The notes under the pieces: generated by a model
The model's input: the letters and a program-made list of their open reading frames with translations, nothing else
What the model was told of the DNA's origin: nothing
Database searches by the model: none
Shown: positions 33,112 through 44,467 of the stretch, piece after piece
How positions within the stretch are numbered: position 1 is the first letter of the stretch
How the letters are laid out: every line of letters starts with the position of its first letter
Assembly (NCBI GenBank): GCA_964291215.2
Contig: OZ219791.1
Span: forward strand, 1,408,001 to 1,472,000
Direction: 5' to 3'
DNA from: Alphaproteobacteria bacterium
GTDB lineage: Bacteria; Pseudomonadota; Alphaproteobacteria; MPNO01; UBA830
Length of the DNA: 64,000 bases
Made by a program: the position numbers and the translations under genes

Positions 33112-36100
33112 ATGACGCGGATGCCGGGCGATGTCGGGATGCATGACCTGCGGCTCTTCGGGCGGAGCGCCTCACGCGCGCGCGAACTCGTTGTACCCCC
33201 CCCCCCCCCCCCCCCCCTCAAGAGTCAGGGCGCGGGGCTGAGCCGGTGGGCGCCCCCGGGAGAACCGCCCGCCGCCTGAAGGCGGGACTCGCTGCCCTCT
33301 TCCTCATCGCGCTGGCCGCCGCCCTCGCGCCCCAGGACGCGCAAGCGCAATCGCCGGTCCTCACCGCCACGGCGGGCAACGAACAGGTGACGCTGAACTG
33401 GACGTATACCGGCAGCGGGCTAACCGGTTGGGGGTACAAGATCAATGGCGGTACATATACTTGGGCTGGGACACCCATCGTTATTCCAGCTTCCAACTCC
33501 GGCACCAGAAGCCACACGGTAACGGGCCTGACGAACGGAACCCCTTATCAGTTCATTGTCTACGCGCAGACTGATGCCAATACAGCTTTCCGTCAAAGCA
33601 ACCAGGTGAGCGCCACGCCGCAGGTGCCGGCCCCGACACTGATCTCCGGCCCGGACAGTACCATCAGAACCGCCGAGACGACGACGCAGGTGTGCTACAA
33701 CCTGCTTTCGGTCTCGCAGGGTGCGACCACGTACTTGGAGGCGCGTCAGGGCAAGACGGCCGTGACCGCGCATTCGGTGCTCTCCGACGCGAGCCTCGGC
33801 GTCGAGATCACGCAGGCTCCCGCCGGCATCACGAAGGGGCGCGGCGTCAACCTCAGTCCCTGCGTCAATCTGGGCAAGGGCACACATACCGTCACTTGGA
33901 GCTGGAGGGGCCAGGACGGCACCGCCACGGCGGTCACGACCTCCACCACCGTCACCATCACCGACCCCGCGCCCGCACAGGCGAAGCCGGCGCTTACGGC
34001 AACCGCGGGTGTCGGCAGTGTCACACTCACCTGGACTCGTACCGGCAACACTGGATTTGGATATTGGGTTTACCGACAGGGGGTCACCGGAGGAGGTTAC
34101 GGCGACTGGATCGATATACCGGGCGGCGCCACCATCAGAATCCACACGGTCACAGGGTTGACCGCCGGCACCTCCTATACCTTCCAGGTGGCAAGGGCGG
34201 AAGGTACCGGTCTTAACTTTTCCGTCTTCGCTAGTGGGGGAGGGTACTCGAACGCGGCCACGGCGACGCCAACGGCGGCCACGACGCCCGCCGCCCCGAC
34301 GAACCTGACGGCGACGCCCGGCGGCCCCGCGCAGGTGTTGCTGACGTGGACCAAGCCGGCCGGCACGATCACCGGCTACAAGCTGCGCTACGCCAAGACG
34401 CCGTCAAAGGGCAGCGCCACCTGGGCCGCCATGACGGGTTCGGGCGCGAACACCGTGAGGCACATGGTGACGGGTCTGGACAACGACGCCGAATACAGTT
34501 TCATGATCCGTGCGGTGAACGCCTCCGGCGACGGCGCCGCCACGGACTGGGTGACGGCGACGCCTGCGGACAGCTGCCCTGGCGTGGGAGCACCGACGAA
34601 CCTGAGCCTCGCGCCGCGTTCGGACGGGTTTGCCGTCACCTGGAATGCACCGACCGATATCTTACGCAACGGCTGGGAATTGTCTTACAAGAAGACCGGG
34701 GGAAGTTCGAGCTCTGTCACCATCTCGGATGCCGCCGCGACCAGCCGCACGCTGACCGGCCTGGAGGCCGGCACCGAATACGAGATCGCTCTTCAAGCGA
34801 CGCATCCTGTCAATCCCGATCCTACTGCGTCATGCCCTCCAGGCTCCCGCGCAAAAGCCACCGGCACGACCCTCGCGGCCGCGATGCCGACCATCACCCT
34901 CACCGCCGCGACGGGGGACGGGCAGGTGACGTTGTCCTGGACCTATACCAACGACGATGGGGAGGCGTTCGATCACTGGCGTTACGCGCAGAAGAAAGGC
35001 GGCGGAAGCTACAGCTTTGGCGTGGCGATTCCCGGCGGCAAGACCGTCCGAATGCACACCGTGACAGGTCTGGAAAACGGTGCCGTATACACTTTCAAGG
35101 TCTCACGCGGAGTTACGAGTCCTCCACCTGCGATGATCCAGTCAACAGCAGATCCTGACTCCAACGAAGTCACCGCCACACCCACGGCGGCCCCCACCGT
35201 CGCCGTCCCCGCCGCGCCGACGGGCCTGTCGGCGGAGGCGGGCAACCGTCAGGTGAAGCTGACGTGGACCGACCCGGACGACGATTCGATCACGCGGTAT
35301 CGGGTGCAGCAGAGGAAGGGCAGCGCTGCCTGGGGCAGCTGGACCGCGATTTCCGGTTCGGACGCCGACACCACGACCCACACGGTGACGGGTCTGGACA
35401 ACGACAGCGAGTACCGCTTCCGCATCCGGGCGCGGAACAGCGGCGGCAACGGCGCCGCGTCGGCGGTGGTGGAGGCGACGCCGTCGGCGTCGGCAGCGGT
35501 TCCCAAGCCGGTGCTGAGCGCCGAACCGGGTTACGCCAGGGTCACCCTGAGCTGGAGCGCCTTGTCGGGTGTGACGGTTGCGAGCTGGGGCTATCAGTAC
35601 AAGCCCGCGGGCGGCAGCTGGATCAGGACCCGGACGGTCACCGGCGGCAGCACGACGAGCACCACGGTGACGGGGCTGACGATCGGCACGGAATACACGT
35701 TCCGGCTGTTCGCCGCGGTCGGTCCCGGTGTGCAGTCGGTGTGGTCGGACCAGGTGAAGGCGACGCCGACGAATACGGTTCCCAAGCCGGTTCTGACGGC
35801 GGCCGGGGGCGATGCCTCGGTCACCCTGAGCTGGAGCGCCTTGACGGGCATTCCGATAACGAGCTGGGGCTACCAGTACAAGAGCACGGGCGGCTGGAAC
35901 ACGACCACGACGGTCACGGGCAGAAGCAGGACGAGCGTCCGGGTGACGGGGCTGACGAAGGGCACGGACTACACGTTCCGCCTGTTTGCGGCGGTCCGTC
36001 CCGGGGTGCAGTCGGTGTGGTCGGACCAGGTGACGGCGAAGACCGATCCGGCGGCCCCGGTTCTGACGGCGGCGACCTCGACGACGAACGGGCAGATCGA

Positions 36101-39100
36101 CCTGACCTGGACCCATGCCGGCGGCTCGAACGAGTTGTCGGATGCGGACGACTATGTGAAGGACGCGGCCAAGTTCCATTGGTGGAGAGCGCAGACCCGG
36201 CTGAAGGGGGCCAGCACCTGGACGGATCGCAGTCTCAACCAGGCGAGTGCCAGACAGAACCCGGGCTCTCGCAGCAATCGGCTTCTGCTGAACTATCCTG
36301 ACGGGGCATCGGTCGAGGTCCGGGTTCGGGCAACGGGCTATCGCATGGCGGGTGTCGCCGGGGGAACGGGCAACCTTCAGGGTCCCTGGTCGAACATTCG
36401 TACGGTGACCTTCAAGGACGACACCACGGCGGCGCTCACGCTGACCGGGACGCCGGTGACGGTGGCGCCCGGTTCCACGGCGACCTACACGGTGGCGCTG
36501 ACGAAGGCGTTTGCGGGGACGCTGCGGGTGACGAGCGACGCCACGGCGGCGGCGCGGGTGAGTCCGGCGAGCCTGACATTTACCACCAGCAACTACAACA
36601 CGGCGCGGACGGTGACGGTGACCGGTGTGGCGAACGGCACGGCGGTGATCAACCACGCCTTCCGGCTGACGGGAGCCACGGCGGATGCGATCCCGGATGC
36701 GGGCACGGTGGACGTGACGGTGGCCGATACGCCGGGGGTGACGGTATCGACGGCGGCGCTGACGGTGGCGGAAGGGGGCAGCAGGACGTACACGATGCGG
36801 CTGAACACGCCGCCATCATCGGATGTGACGATCACGGTGGCGGGCGCGTCGGGGGACGTGACGGTGGAACCGGCCAGCCTGACCTTCACCCGGACCGACT
36901 GGAACCAGCCGCAGACGGTAACGGTGAACGCAGGCACGGACACGGACACGAACACGGACCCCGCCGTGACGCTGACCCACGGTGCCTCGGGCGGCGGCTA
37001 CGGCTCGGTGAGCATCGCCGATGTGGTGGTGAGCGTGGCGGAGAAGGATGCGGTGCCGTTGAAGCCGGCCGGCCTTGCCGGCGCGGCGGGCAGCGGCTCG
37101 GTGACGCTGAGCTGGACCGACCCGGACAACCCGACCATCACGAAGTGGCAGGTGCGGCGGAAGGCCGGCAGCGGCGAGTGGGGCGAGTGGGAGGACATTC
37201 CCGGCTCCGGTGCGGGCACCACCAGCCACGAGGTGAGCGGTCTGACCAACGGCACCGCCTACCAGTTCGAGGTGCGCGCGGTGAACGGGGCCGGCAACGG
37301 GGCCGGCCCGGATGCGCCGGTGACGGCGACGCCGGTGGCGCCGGTGGCGCCCGGCGGAGGAGGCGGCGGCGGCGGAGGCGGCGGCACGACCCCCGCCGCA
37401 AGCGTGACGGTGACGCCGACCGCGCTGACGGTGGCGGAGGGCAGCAGCGCCGCCTACACGGTGGTGCTGGACGCGGAACCCTCGGGCGATGTCACGGTGA
37501 CGGTGGGCGGCGCGTCGGGCGACGTGACGGTGGAACCGGCCAGCCTGACCTTCACGACCGCCAACTGGGACACGGCGCAGACGGTGACGGTGCGCGCGGC
37601 CCGAGACGAGGACACGACGGACGACACGGCGACGCTGACCCACGGCGCCTCGGGCGGCGGCTACGGTTCGGTGACCATCGATTCGGTGGCGGTGACGGTG
37701 ACCGACACGACGCTGTTGCCGGTGCTGACGCTGGCGCAGGATCCTGCGGCGGTGACCGAGGGCGACGACATCCGCCTCGCGGTGACCGCCGACCGGGCGC
37801 TGACGGGCAGCCTGACGGTCAGCCTGACGCTGTCGGCGCGCAACGCAAGCGGCTTCGATGCCGGTGACGTTCCGGGCGGTCTGGGGCCGCGTTCGTTCGA
37901 TGCGGTGTTCGGCGCCGCGGGGCGCACCACGGGGGTGGTGACGATCCCGACGGCGGCCGATGCGGATACGGAGGGGGCGGAAGCCTACCGCATCACGCTG
38001 AACGACGGTGCGGGCTACGCGGTGGGGAGCGACGCGACGGCTGCGGGCGTGCTGCGCGACCGTGCGCCGGGGTCCGTGTCACGGGCGAACCGGGTGAATG
38101 CGGCGGTGCTGCCGCATGTGGCGGCGGCGGCGATGTCGCAGACGCTGGGGGCGGTGACGGGGCGCATCGAGGCGGCAGGCAGGCCGGGCAGCTCGCTGCG
38201 GTTCGGCGCCCTGCCGTCGTCGCCGGTCAGTCATGCCCGGTCCGCCCGGTCCGCCCGGTCCGCGCCGCCGCGCCCTGAGGAGCCGACCCTGAGCGAGATA
38301 CTGGACGGGGCGTCCTTCACGCTGGCGGCGGGCGCCGGGGAGGACGGGGCATCCGCGCCGCCGTTGGCGGTGTGGGGCCGGGGCGAGTGGCTGTCGCTGT
38401 CGGGTTCGGAGAAGGATGTCACCTGGGACGGCGGCCTGTGGTCGGCGCAGCTGGGGGCGGACCTGCGGGTGCGCCCGGACCTGCTGGCCGGGGCGGCGCT
38501 CTCCCATGCGCGGGGCGAGCTGGACACGCAGACGGGCGGGGTGAAGGGCGTGCACGAGACCACGATCACGTCGGTGCACCCCTATGCGGCGTGGCTGGCG
38601 CCGGACGGCTCGACCCTGTGGGCGAGCCTCGGCTACGGGACCGGCGAGGTGCGGATTACCGAGGAAGGCGCGGCGGCGCGCAGCGCCGGGCTGACGCATT
38701 GGAGCGTGTCTGCGGGCGGCCGCAGCGTCCTGGCCGAGGATGCAGAGCTGATCGAGGGCGGGATGACGCGCCTTGCGGTGAAGGGCGAGGGTTCGGCGGC
38801 GCGTCTGCGCACGGAGGCCGATGACGGCCTGGCGGGGCTGACGGCGAGGACGACGCGGCTGCGGCTGCTGCTGGAGGGATCGTACGAGCACGCGCTGGCG
38901 GGCGGTGCGACGCTGACGCCGGCGCTGGAGGCGGGGGTGCGCCATGACGGCGGCGGCGTTGGCGAAGGGGCGGGCCTTGAGGCCGGAGCGGGCGTGACCT
39001 GGCATGACCCGGCGGCGGGCCTGACGGCGGAGTTGCGCGCGCGGCTCCTGGCGGCGCACGAGGCGGACCGCGACGAGTGGGGGGTGAGCGCGCTTGTGCG

Positions 39101-39452
39101 CCTCGACCCCGGGGCCGACGGGCGCGGGACGTTCCTCGCCTTCGGCCCCGCGCACGGGCGCACGGAGAGCGGCCTCGGGCAGCTGTTCGACCTGCCCGCG
39201 GCCGCATCCGGCACGGCGCCGGAAGGGGCAGAGAGCCGTCTGGAGGCGGAGGTGGGCCACGGCTTCGGCCTGCCCGGTCCGGGGCCGTTGGCGGTGCTCA
39301 CCCCCTGGGCCGGACTCAGCCTGGCGGGCGCACGCACCCTGCGGCTCGGCGCGCGCTACCGCCTGGGCGCGGGGCTGTCTCTCGGCGTCGAGGGCGCGCA
39401 CCGGCCGGGCCCCGAAGACAGCCTCATGCTGCGCGGCGCGCTCCGCTGGTAG
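33112..39452 (+). CDS. Giant autotransporter adhesin: about 10 FN3 domains, Ig/Calx-beta-like repeats and C-terminal beta-barrel; frameshifted at the C22 tract
   Basis: 2068-aa ORF from 33246; signal peptide ending AQAQ; repeated VTLxW..HTVTGL.NG..Y.F; poly-Gly linker; barrel ending LMLRGALRW. Confidence 0.92.
33196..33217 (+). repeat. C22 homopolymer, candidate phase-variation tract
   Basis: 22 consecutive C between the RBS-preceded ATG (33112) and the autotransporter signal peptide. Confidence 0.9.
35498..36040 (+). repeat. Tandem duplication of an FN3 module (279-bp period)
   Basis: GGTTCCCAAGCCGG at 35498 and 35777; shared GTGCAGTCGGTGTGGTCGGACCAGGTGA. Confidence 0.9.
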
Positions 39453-39753
39453 GAAAACGCCCGGCGTGTCCTGACGATGGCGGCGCGGCGCTTCATCCGG
39501 GCGAACCTGTCGCAAGCATCGGTGGCGGCGCCATTCGCTCATGAAGGACCGGTCGCGTCGCGCGTGGAGATCGTCATGCGCAAGCGTTCCGCCAGACCCG
39601 TGGAGCAAGCTCCGGAACAAACCCCGCAAGGACGTCTGGTCCTTCGGAAGGGATTGGCGGCGCACCCTCAACCGATAGAATCCAGGCGACCGGGCATGCG
39701 TGCAACCGTGCTGACGTGAGCATGGCCTTTTTCACGGTCTGGCGGAACGCTTG

Positions 39754-39928
39754 TCGTCATGCCCTTCGGGCGATGGACCGTTTGTCGGCATGCGCGATTC
39801 GGCAACGCCTCTTTTCGGATCGATCCGGTCTCGGGCCGCTATCTGGAAACAGGTTTGATTTGCCGGAGGCCAGGAAAAACCAGTAAAATCAGCGCTGTAT
39901 AGAAGGTTCGAAATATCCCGTCTCATTG
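39754..39928 (-). repeat. About 175-bp non-coding block repeated at 53725-53900
   Basis: Reverse complement aligns with 53725-53900 with scattered substitutions. Confidence 0.9.
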
Positions 39929-40077
39929 GTGTCCGGGATGTCCCGAGCCGGGTAGGTAGACTTGGTTGTATACCCCTCTGGCACAGCGGCCCCATCGAAT
40001 GCAGCAACGATCCGGGATGTATAACGGTCGCCCGGATGCTAGACTGCCGACTGCCGACCAACCAGAGGCGTATAGAA

Positions 40078-40959
40078 ATGGTCAGGAGACCGCGCGACCG
40101 GATCGACTATTCGGCCATGGCCGACAGGGAATCGCTCGCACTGCCCGACGGCAAGCGGATCGCGGTCTGGGTCATCGTCAACATCGAGAACTGGAACATC
40201 GAAAAGCCGATGCCGCGCACGGTGCTCCCGCCGCCCGGCAACCAGGTTCACATCCCGGACATCCCCAACTGGTCCTGGCAGGAATATGGTATGCGGGTTG
40301 GATTCTGGCGCCTTCAGGAAGCCCTCACGTCGCGCGGCATTCCAGCAACACTGTCAGTCAACGGCTCGGTCTGCGGCCAGTACCCGCGGCTTGCGCAGGG
40401 TGCTCTCGATGCGGGCTGGGAATTCCTCGGACATGCGTACCACCAGCAGCCGACCCATCTCATAGAAGACCAGAAAAAGGACATCCGGCAAACCATTGAT
40501 GCGATCAGGGACTTCACCGGCAGCGCGCCCCGCGGCTGGATGGGGCCCGGCCTGACAGAGACTTTCGAGACGCCGGACTATCTCACCGAAGCGGGCATCG
40601 AATATGTCGCCGACTTCCCGATGGACGACCAGCCCTTCGAAATACGGACGGAAACCGGGCTTCTGGTGTCCATACCCTACACCGTCGAGCTGAACGACAT
40701 CCCGATAATGCTGGTCCAGCATCATCGAGCGGACGAATTCGTGCACCGATGCATGGACAGTTTCGAGCGGCTGCACCGCGAAGGGGCCGACAACGCCCGC
40801 ATAATGGCAATCGCGGTCCACCCCTACATCTCGGGAACGCCGTTCCGCATCAAGTATTTCGAGGAGGTGCTCGACCGCATCTCCGAAACCGAAGGCGTCG
40901 CGATGTGGACGGGAAGCCAGATACTCGACTGGTACAGGTCGGTGCGTCCCGAGACATGA
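40078..40959 (+). CDS. Polysaccharide deacetylase family (PuuE/allantoinase-like)
   Basis: VNIENW, EYGMRVGFWRL, GHAY, PRGWMGPG, AIAVHPYISG. Confidence 0.9.
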   Translation: MVRRPRDRIDYSAMADRESLALPDGKRIAVWVIVNIENWNIEKPMPRTVLPPPGNQVHIPDIPNWSWQEYGMRVGFWRLQEALTSRGIPATLSVNGSVCGQYPRLAQGALDAGWEFLGHAYHQQPTHLIEDQKKDIRQTIDAIRDFTGSAPRGWMGPGLTETFETPDYLTEAGIEYVADFPMDDQPFEIRTETGLLVSIPYTVELNDIPIMLVQHHRADEFVHRCMDSFERLHREGADNARIMAIAVHPYISGTPFRIKYFEEVLDRISETEGVAMWTGSQILDWYRSVRPET

Positions 40960-41089
40960 TGCCGCCTGCCAGCACCGGTACCTCAACAACCCGATTCCGC
41001 ACCACCGGACTCAGCGGCCCGACGGACCTATTTTCCCGCGCCACAGAAACGGTCGGAACCCTCGGACGGCTTGGCTCGGGAGACCTCCC

Positions 41090-43438
41090 ATGACTGCGAT
41101 GATCGGCCGGTCACCCCGACGCAAGGAAGACCTGCGGCTTCTCACCGGCCGCGGCGTTTACGCCGACGACAATAACGCCGAAGGACAGGTGCATGCCGTC
41201 TTCGTCGTCTCGCCGCACGCCCATGCCGAAATCCGCGCCATCACGCCGCCGCCGGCAGCCGGGGATCCTGACATCCTCGCCGTGCTTACCGGCGCCGACT
41301 GGCTTGCCGATGGCCTCGGTGCCATTCCCCACAATCTCGGCTTCTCGAGCCCGCCCGACATCACGCTTTCGAACCGCGACGGCAGCGACCGCTACGTTGC
41401 GCCCCACTACCCGCTCCCTACGGATCGTGCGCGCCTAGTCGGAGAACCGGTAGCGATGGTCGTCGCCGAGACCGCTGAGCGCGCCCGCGATGTCGCCGAA
41501 CAGGTAATAGTGGACTATGCACCGCTGTCGCCGATCGTCGATACCGAAGGCGCGGCACAGGCGGATGCTCCGGTGCTCTGGCCCGATCACGGTTCTAACA
41601 TCGCCATCGACGCCGACATCAACGACCCGGACGCCACTGCGGCCATATTCGACGCAGCAACGCATGTCGTCTCGCTGAAGACAGCGCTGTCCCGGGTCTC
41701 CGGCGTCGCGATGGAACCGAGATCGTCCCTCGGACGCTACGGCGCGGATGAACGCTTCACGCTGATCACCACATCGGGCAGCATCTACCGCTACAAGCGC
41801 GAGCTCGCTGAGCTCCTGCAGGTCGAGGACGACCGGATCCGCGTGGTCATCGGCGATGTCGGCGGTTCCTACGGTCCCCGGAACGCGCTCTATATCGACC
41901 AGATCCTGGTGCTGTGGGCGGCGCGGCGGATCGGCCGCCCGGTCAAGTGGACCTCGAGCCGCACCGAAAGCATGCTGACCGACTATCAGGCGCGCGACCT
42001 CGTTGTCGATGCGGAGCTCGCACTCGATGATAACGGGCGCATGCTTGCCTTCAGGACCACCAACATCTCGAACATCGGCGCGTATTCGGCTTCGTGGATT
42101 CCCCTCGTGAAGGGAATCGAGATATCCACCTGCCTCTACAGCCCCGGGAGCGTGTCTGCCCGCGCCGTCGCGGTTCAGACCAATACGCCGCCGACCTATC
42201 CCTATCGCAGCGCGGGCCGGCCCGAGGTCATGTACGTAATCGAGCGGCTCCTCGACATGGCCGCCGAAAAGACCGGCACCGACCGCATCGAAATCCGCCG
42301 CCGGAACCTGATACTCCCCGAGGCGATGCCGTTCAGGAACGGTTTCGGCATGGTCTACGACTCGGGCGATTATCCCACTGCGCTCGACCATGCGATCACC
42401 CTCTCGGACTGGCACGGTTTCGAGGAGCGCCGCCGCTATTCGCTTGGCCGCGGCCGACTGCGCGGGATCGGCATGGCCCACTACGCGGACCTGTCGACCG
42501 GTTATCCGCGTGAATGGACCGAGATACATGTCCGCCCCAGCGGCGAAGTGGGACTTGAGATCGGGACCATGGCGACGGGACAGGGGCACGAGACGTCATT
42601 CAGCCAGATGCTCGCCGACGTGCTGCAGGTGCCCTACGACTCGGTATGCGTGCATTTCGGCGACACCGATCTCCTCAAGGACGGTGGCGGCACCCATTCC
42701 GGGCGCAGCATGCGGATGGGCGCGATCGTCATCTGCGACGCCAGTGAGCGGATCATCGCCCGCGGCCGCCGCATCGCGGCCCATGTCCTCGAGGCGGCCG
42801 AAGACGACATCGTCTATGCAGACGCCACCTTCACGGTGGCCGGGACCGACCGGTCGGTCGACATCTTTGGCATCGCGGCAGCCGCCGAGACCCGGACCGA
42901 TCTTCCCGACGGTCTTGGGGGACCCCTCTGCGAGGAGGCGGATGTCCACCTCCCACGCGCCGTCATCGGTGCGGGCTGTCACGTCTGCGAGGTCGAAATC
43001 GATCCCGAAACCGGCACCGCCGCGGTGGTCGGCTGGACCGCCGTCGACGATGTCGGCCGTGCCATCAACCCGATGACCCTCGACGGCCAGACCCATGGCG
43101 GCGTGATGCAGGGCGTAGGACAGGCTCTGATGGAGGACTGCGCCTATGACAGTAGTACCGGCCAGATGACCGGCGCGACCTTCATGGACTATGCGATGCC
43201 CCGTGCCGAAGACGCGCCGCCCTTCCGGACGGCGCTCCTGGAAGTGCCGAGCCCGTCGAACCCGCTCGGCATCAAGCCCGGCAGCGAAGGTGGCACCGCC
43301 GTGGCGCCAGCCGCCGTAGCCAACGCCATCGTCGACGCGCTGTCATCCCACGGCGTGACCCATATCGAACTCCCCGCAACGCCGGAGCGGATATGGCAGG
43401 CGATGCGTCAGGGGAACGAAGCCGTTCTGTCCGCCTGA
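41090..43438 (+). CDS. Xanthine dehydrogenase family molybdopterin-binding subunit (CoxL-like)
   Basis: RKEDLRLLTGRG, DVGGSYG, PYRSAGRPE, GQGHET, GQTHGG. Confidence 0.93.
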   Translation: MTAMIGRSPRRKEDLRLLTGRGVYADDNNAEGQVHAVFVVSPHAHAEIRAITPPPAAGDPDILAVLTGADWLADGLGAIPHNLGFSSPPDITLSNRDGSDRYVAPHYPLPTDRARLVGEPVAMVVAETAERARDVAEQVIVDYAPLSPIVDTEGAAQADAPVLWPDHGSNIAIDADINDPDATAAIFDAATHVVSLKTALSRVSGVAMEPRSSLGRYGADERFTLITTSGSIYRYKRELAELLQVEDDRIRVVIGDVGGSYGPRNALYIDQILVLWAARRIGRPVKWTSSRTESMLTDYQARDLVVDAELALDDNGRMLAFRTTNISNIGAYSASWIPLVKGIEISTCLYSPGSVSARAVAVQTNTPPTYPYRSAGRPEVMYVIERLLDMAAEKTGTDRIEIRRRNLILPEAMPFRNGFGMVYDSGDYPTALDHAITLSDWHGFEERRRYSLGRGRLRGIGMAHYADLSTGYPREWTEIHVRPSGEVGLEIGTMATGQGHETSFSQMLADVLQVPYDSVCVHFGDTDLLKDGGGTHSGRSMRMGAIVICDASERIIARGRRIAAHVLEAAEDDIVYADATFTVAGTDRSVDIFGIAAAAETRTDLPDGLGGPLCEEADVHLPRAVIGAGCHVCEVEIDPETGTAAVVGWTAVDDVGRAINPMTLDGQTHGGVMQGVGQALMEDCAYDSSTGQMTGATFMDYAMPRAEDAPPFRTALLEVPSPSNPLGIKPGSEGGTAVAPAAVANAIVDALSSHGVTHIELPATPERIWQAMRQGNEAVLSA

Positions 43439-43472
43439 CGACCGGGCCCGGGAGACCCCGCCCAGGGCGGCG

Positions 43473-44264
43473 CTACTCGTCGAAGCGGATAGCGCGTTTC
43501 TCGAGAAACGCCCGCATGCCCTCCCGGGCATCGTCGGATGTCTGGGTCAGCGCCGAGGCCAGCGATTCGACAAAATAGCCCTCGCTCTCGCCCATGCGGT
43601 CGATCCTCTGGATCGCATGCAGCATCATCTTGTTGGCAAGCGGCGCATTCCCGGCAATGGCCTCCGCAAGCTCCATCGCCTTACCGAAGGCCTCACCGCG
43701 GCCAACCAGATAGTGAGAGAGCCCGAGCTGCTGACCCTCCTCAGCATCGAGACGCCGTCCCGTCAGCATCATCTCGGTCATGCGGCCCGGACCGACGGTC
43801 CGCGCGACACGGATGCTCGCCCCGCCCCCGACATAGATGCCGCGCCGCCCCTCGGGCAGCTGATAGATGGTGCTCAGCTCGGCAACGCGCACATGGGTCG
43901 CGGTCGCGAGCTCAAGCCCGCCGCCCATCACCGCGCCATGCATCGCCGAGAGCGCGGGAAGGCCGCCATACTGGATCAGATCGAACGTCCTGTGCCAGTA
44001 GCGCGAATGCTCGAACGACTCGTCGACATCGCGTTCGCGATGCTCGGCGAGGTCGAGCCCGGCACAAAAATGGTCGCCGTTCGCCCGGATCACCACCGCC
44101 AGCGCGTCGGCGGGCGGTGCCGAGAAGAGCCGATTGAGATCGTGAATCAGCGTCTCGTTGACGGCATTGCGCTTCTCGGGACGATCGAGGGTGAGAACCG
44201 CGATCCGGTCCCGCATTTCGAGGGTCAGGAGATCGGATGAAAACACGGATTCGGGTTTCGCCAT
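43473..44264 (-). CDS. Crotonase/enoyl-CoA hydratase family protein
   Basis: LDRPEKRNA, FCAGLDL, GGGLELA, LPEGRRGI. Confidence 0.93.
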   Translation of the reverse strand: MAKPESVFSSDLLTLEMRDRIAVLTLDRPEKRNAVNETLIHDLNRLFSAPPADALAVVIRANGDHFCAGLDLAEHRERDVDESFEHSRYWHRTFDLIQYGGLPALSAMHGAVMGGGLELATATHVRVAELSTIYQLPEGRRGIYVGGGASIRVARTVGPGRMTEMMLTGRRLDAEEGQQLGLSHYLVGRGEAFGKAMELAEAIAGNAPLANKMMLHAIQRIDRMGESEGYFVESLASALTQTSDDAREGMRAFLEKRAIRFDE

Positions 44265-44467
44265 AACAGAAGTTCCGACATGCAAGGGGACCGTTGGACA
44301 CCCCGTCCGACTGCAGAGTCCGGATCGGTCTCCGGTTCTCCGGCAACCGGATGGCGGCGAGCGGAGGCATGAATCCCGAGCGAAGGGCGTCGCGCAACCC
44401 TCTATAAGTGAACGGCAAGGCAGTGTAAACTCCGCCGCCACGACAACGCGGTGCGGGAGGGTAAGAC

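Noticed and set aside
33350-37700. Diversity-generating retroelement acting on the adhesin
   Set aside because: No reverse transcriptase and no template/variable repeat pair differing only at adenines within the window; action in trans is not excluded.
41090-43438. Aerobic CO dehydrogenase
   Set aside because: Lacks the AYxCSFR motif and coxM/coxS neighbours.
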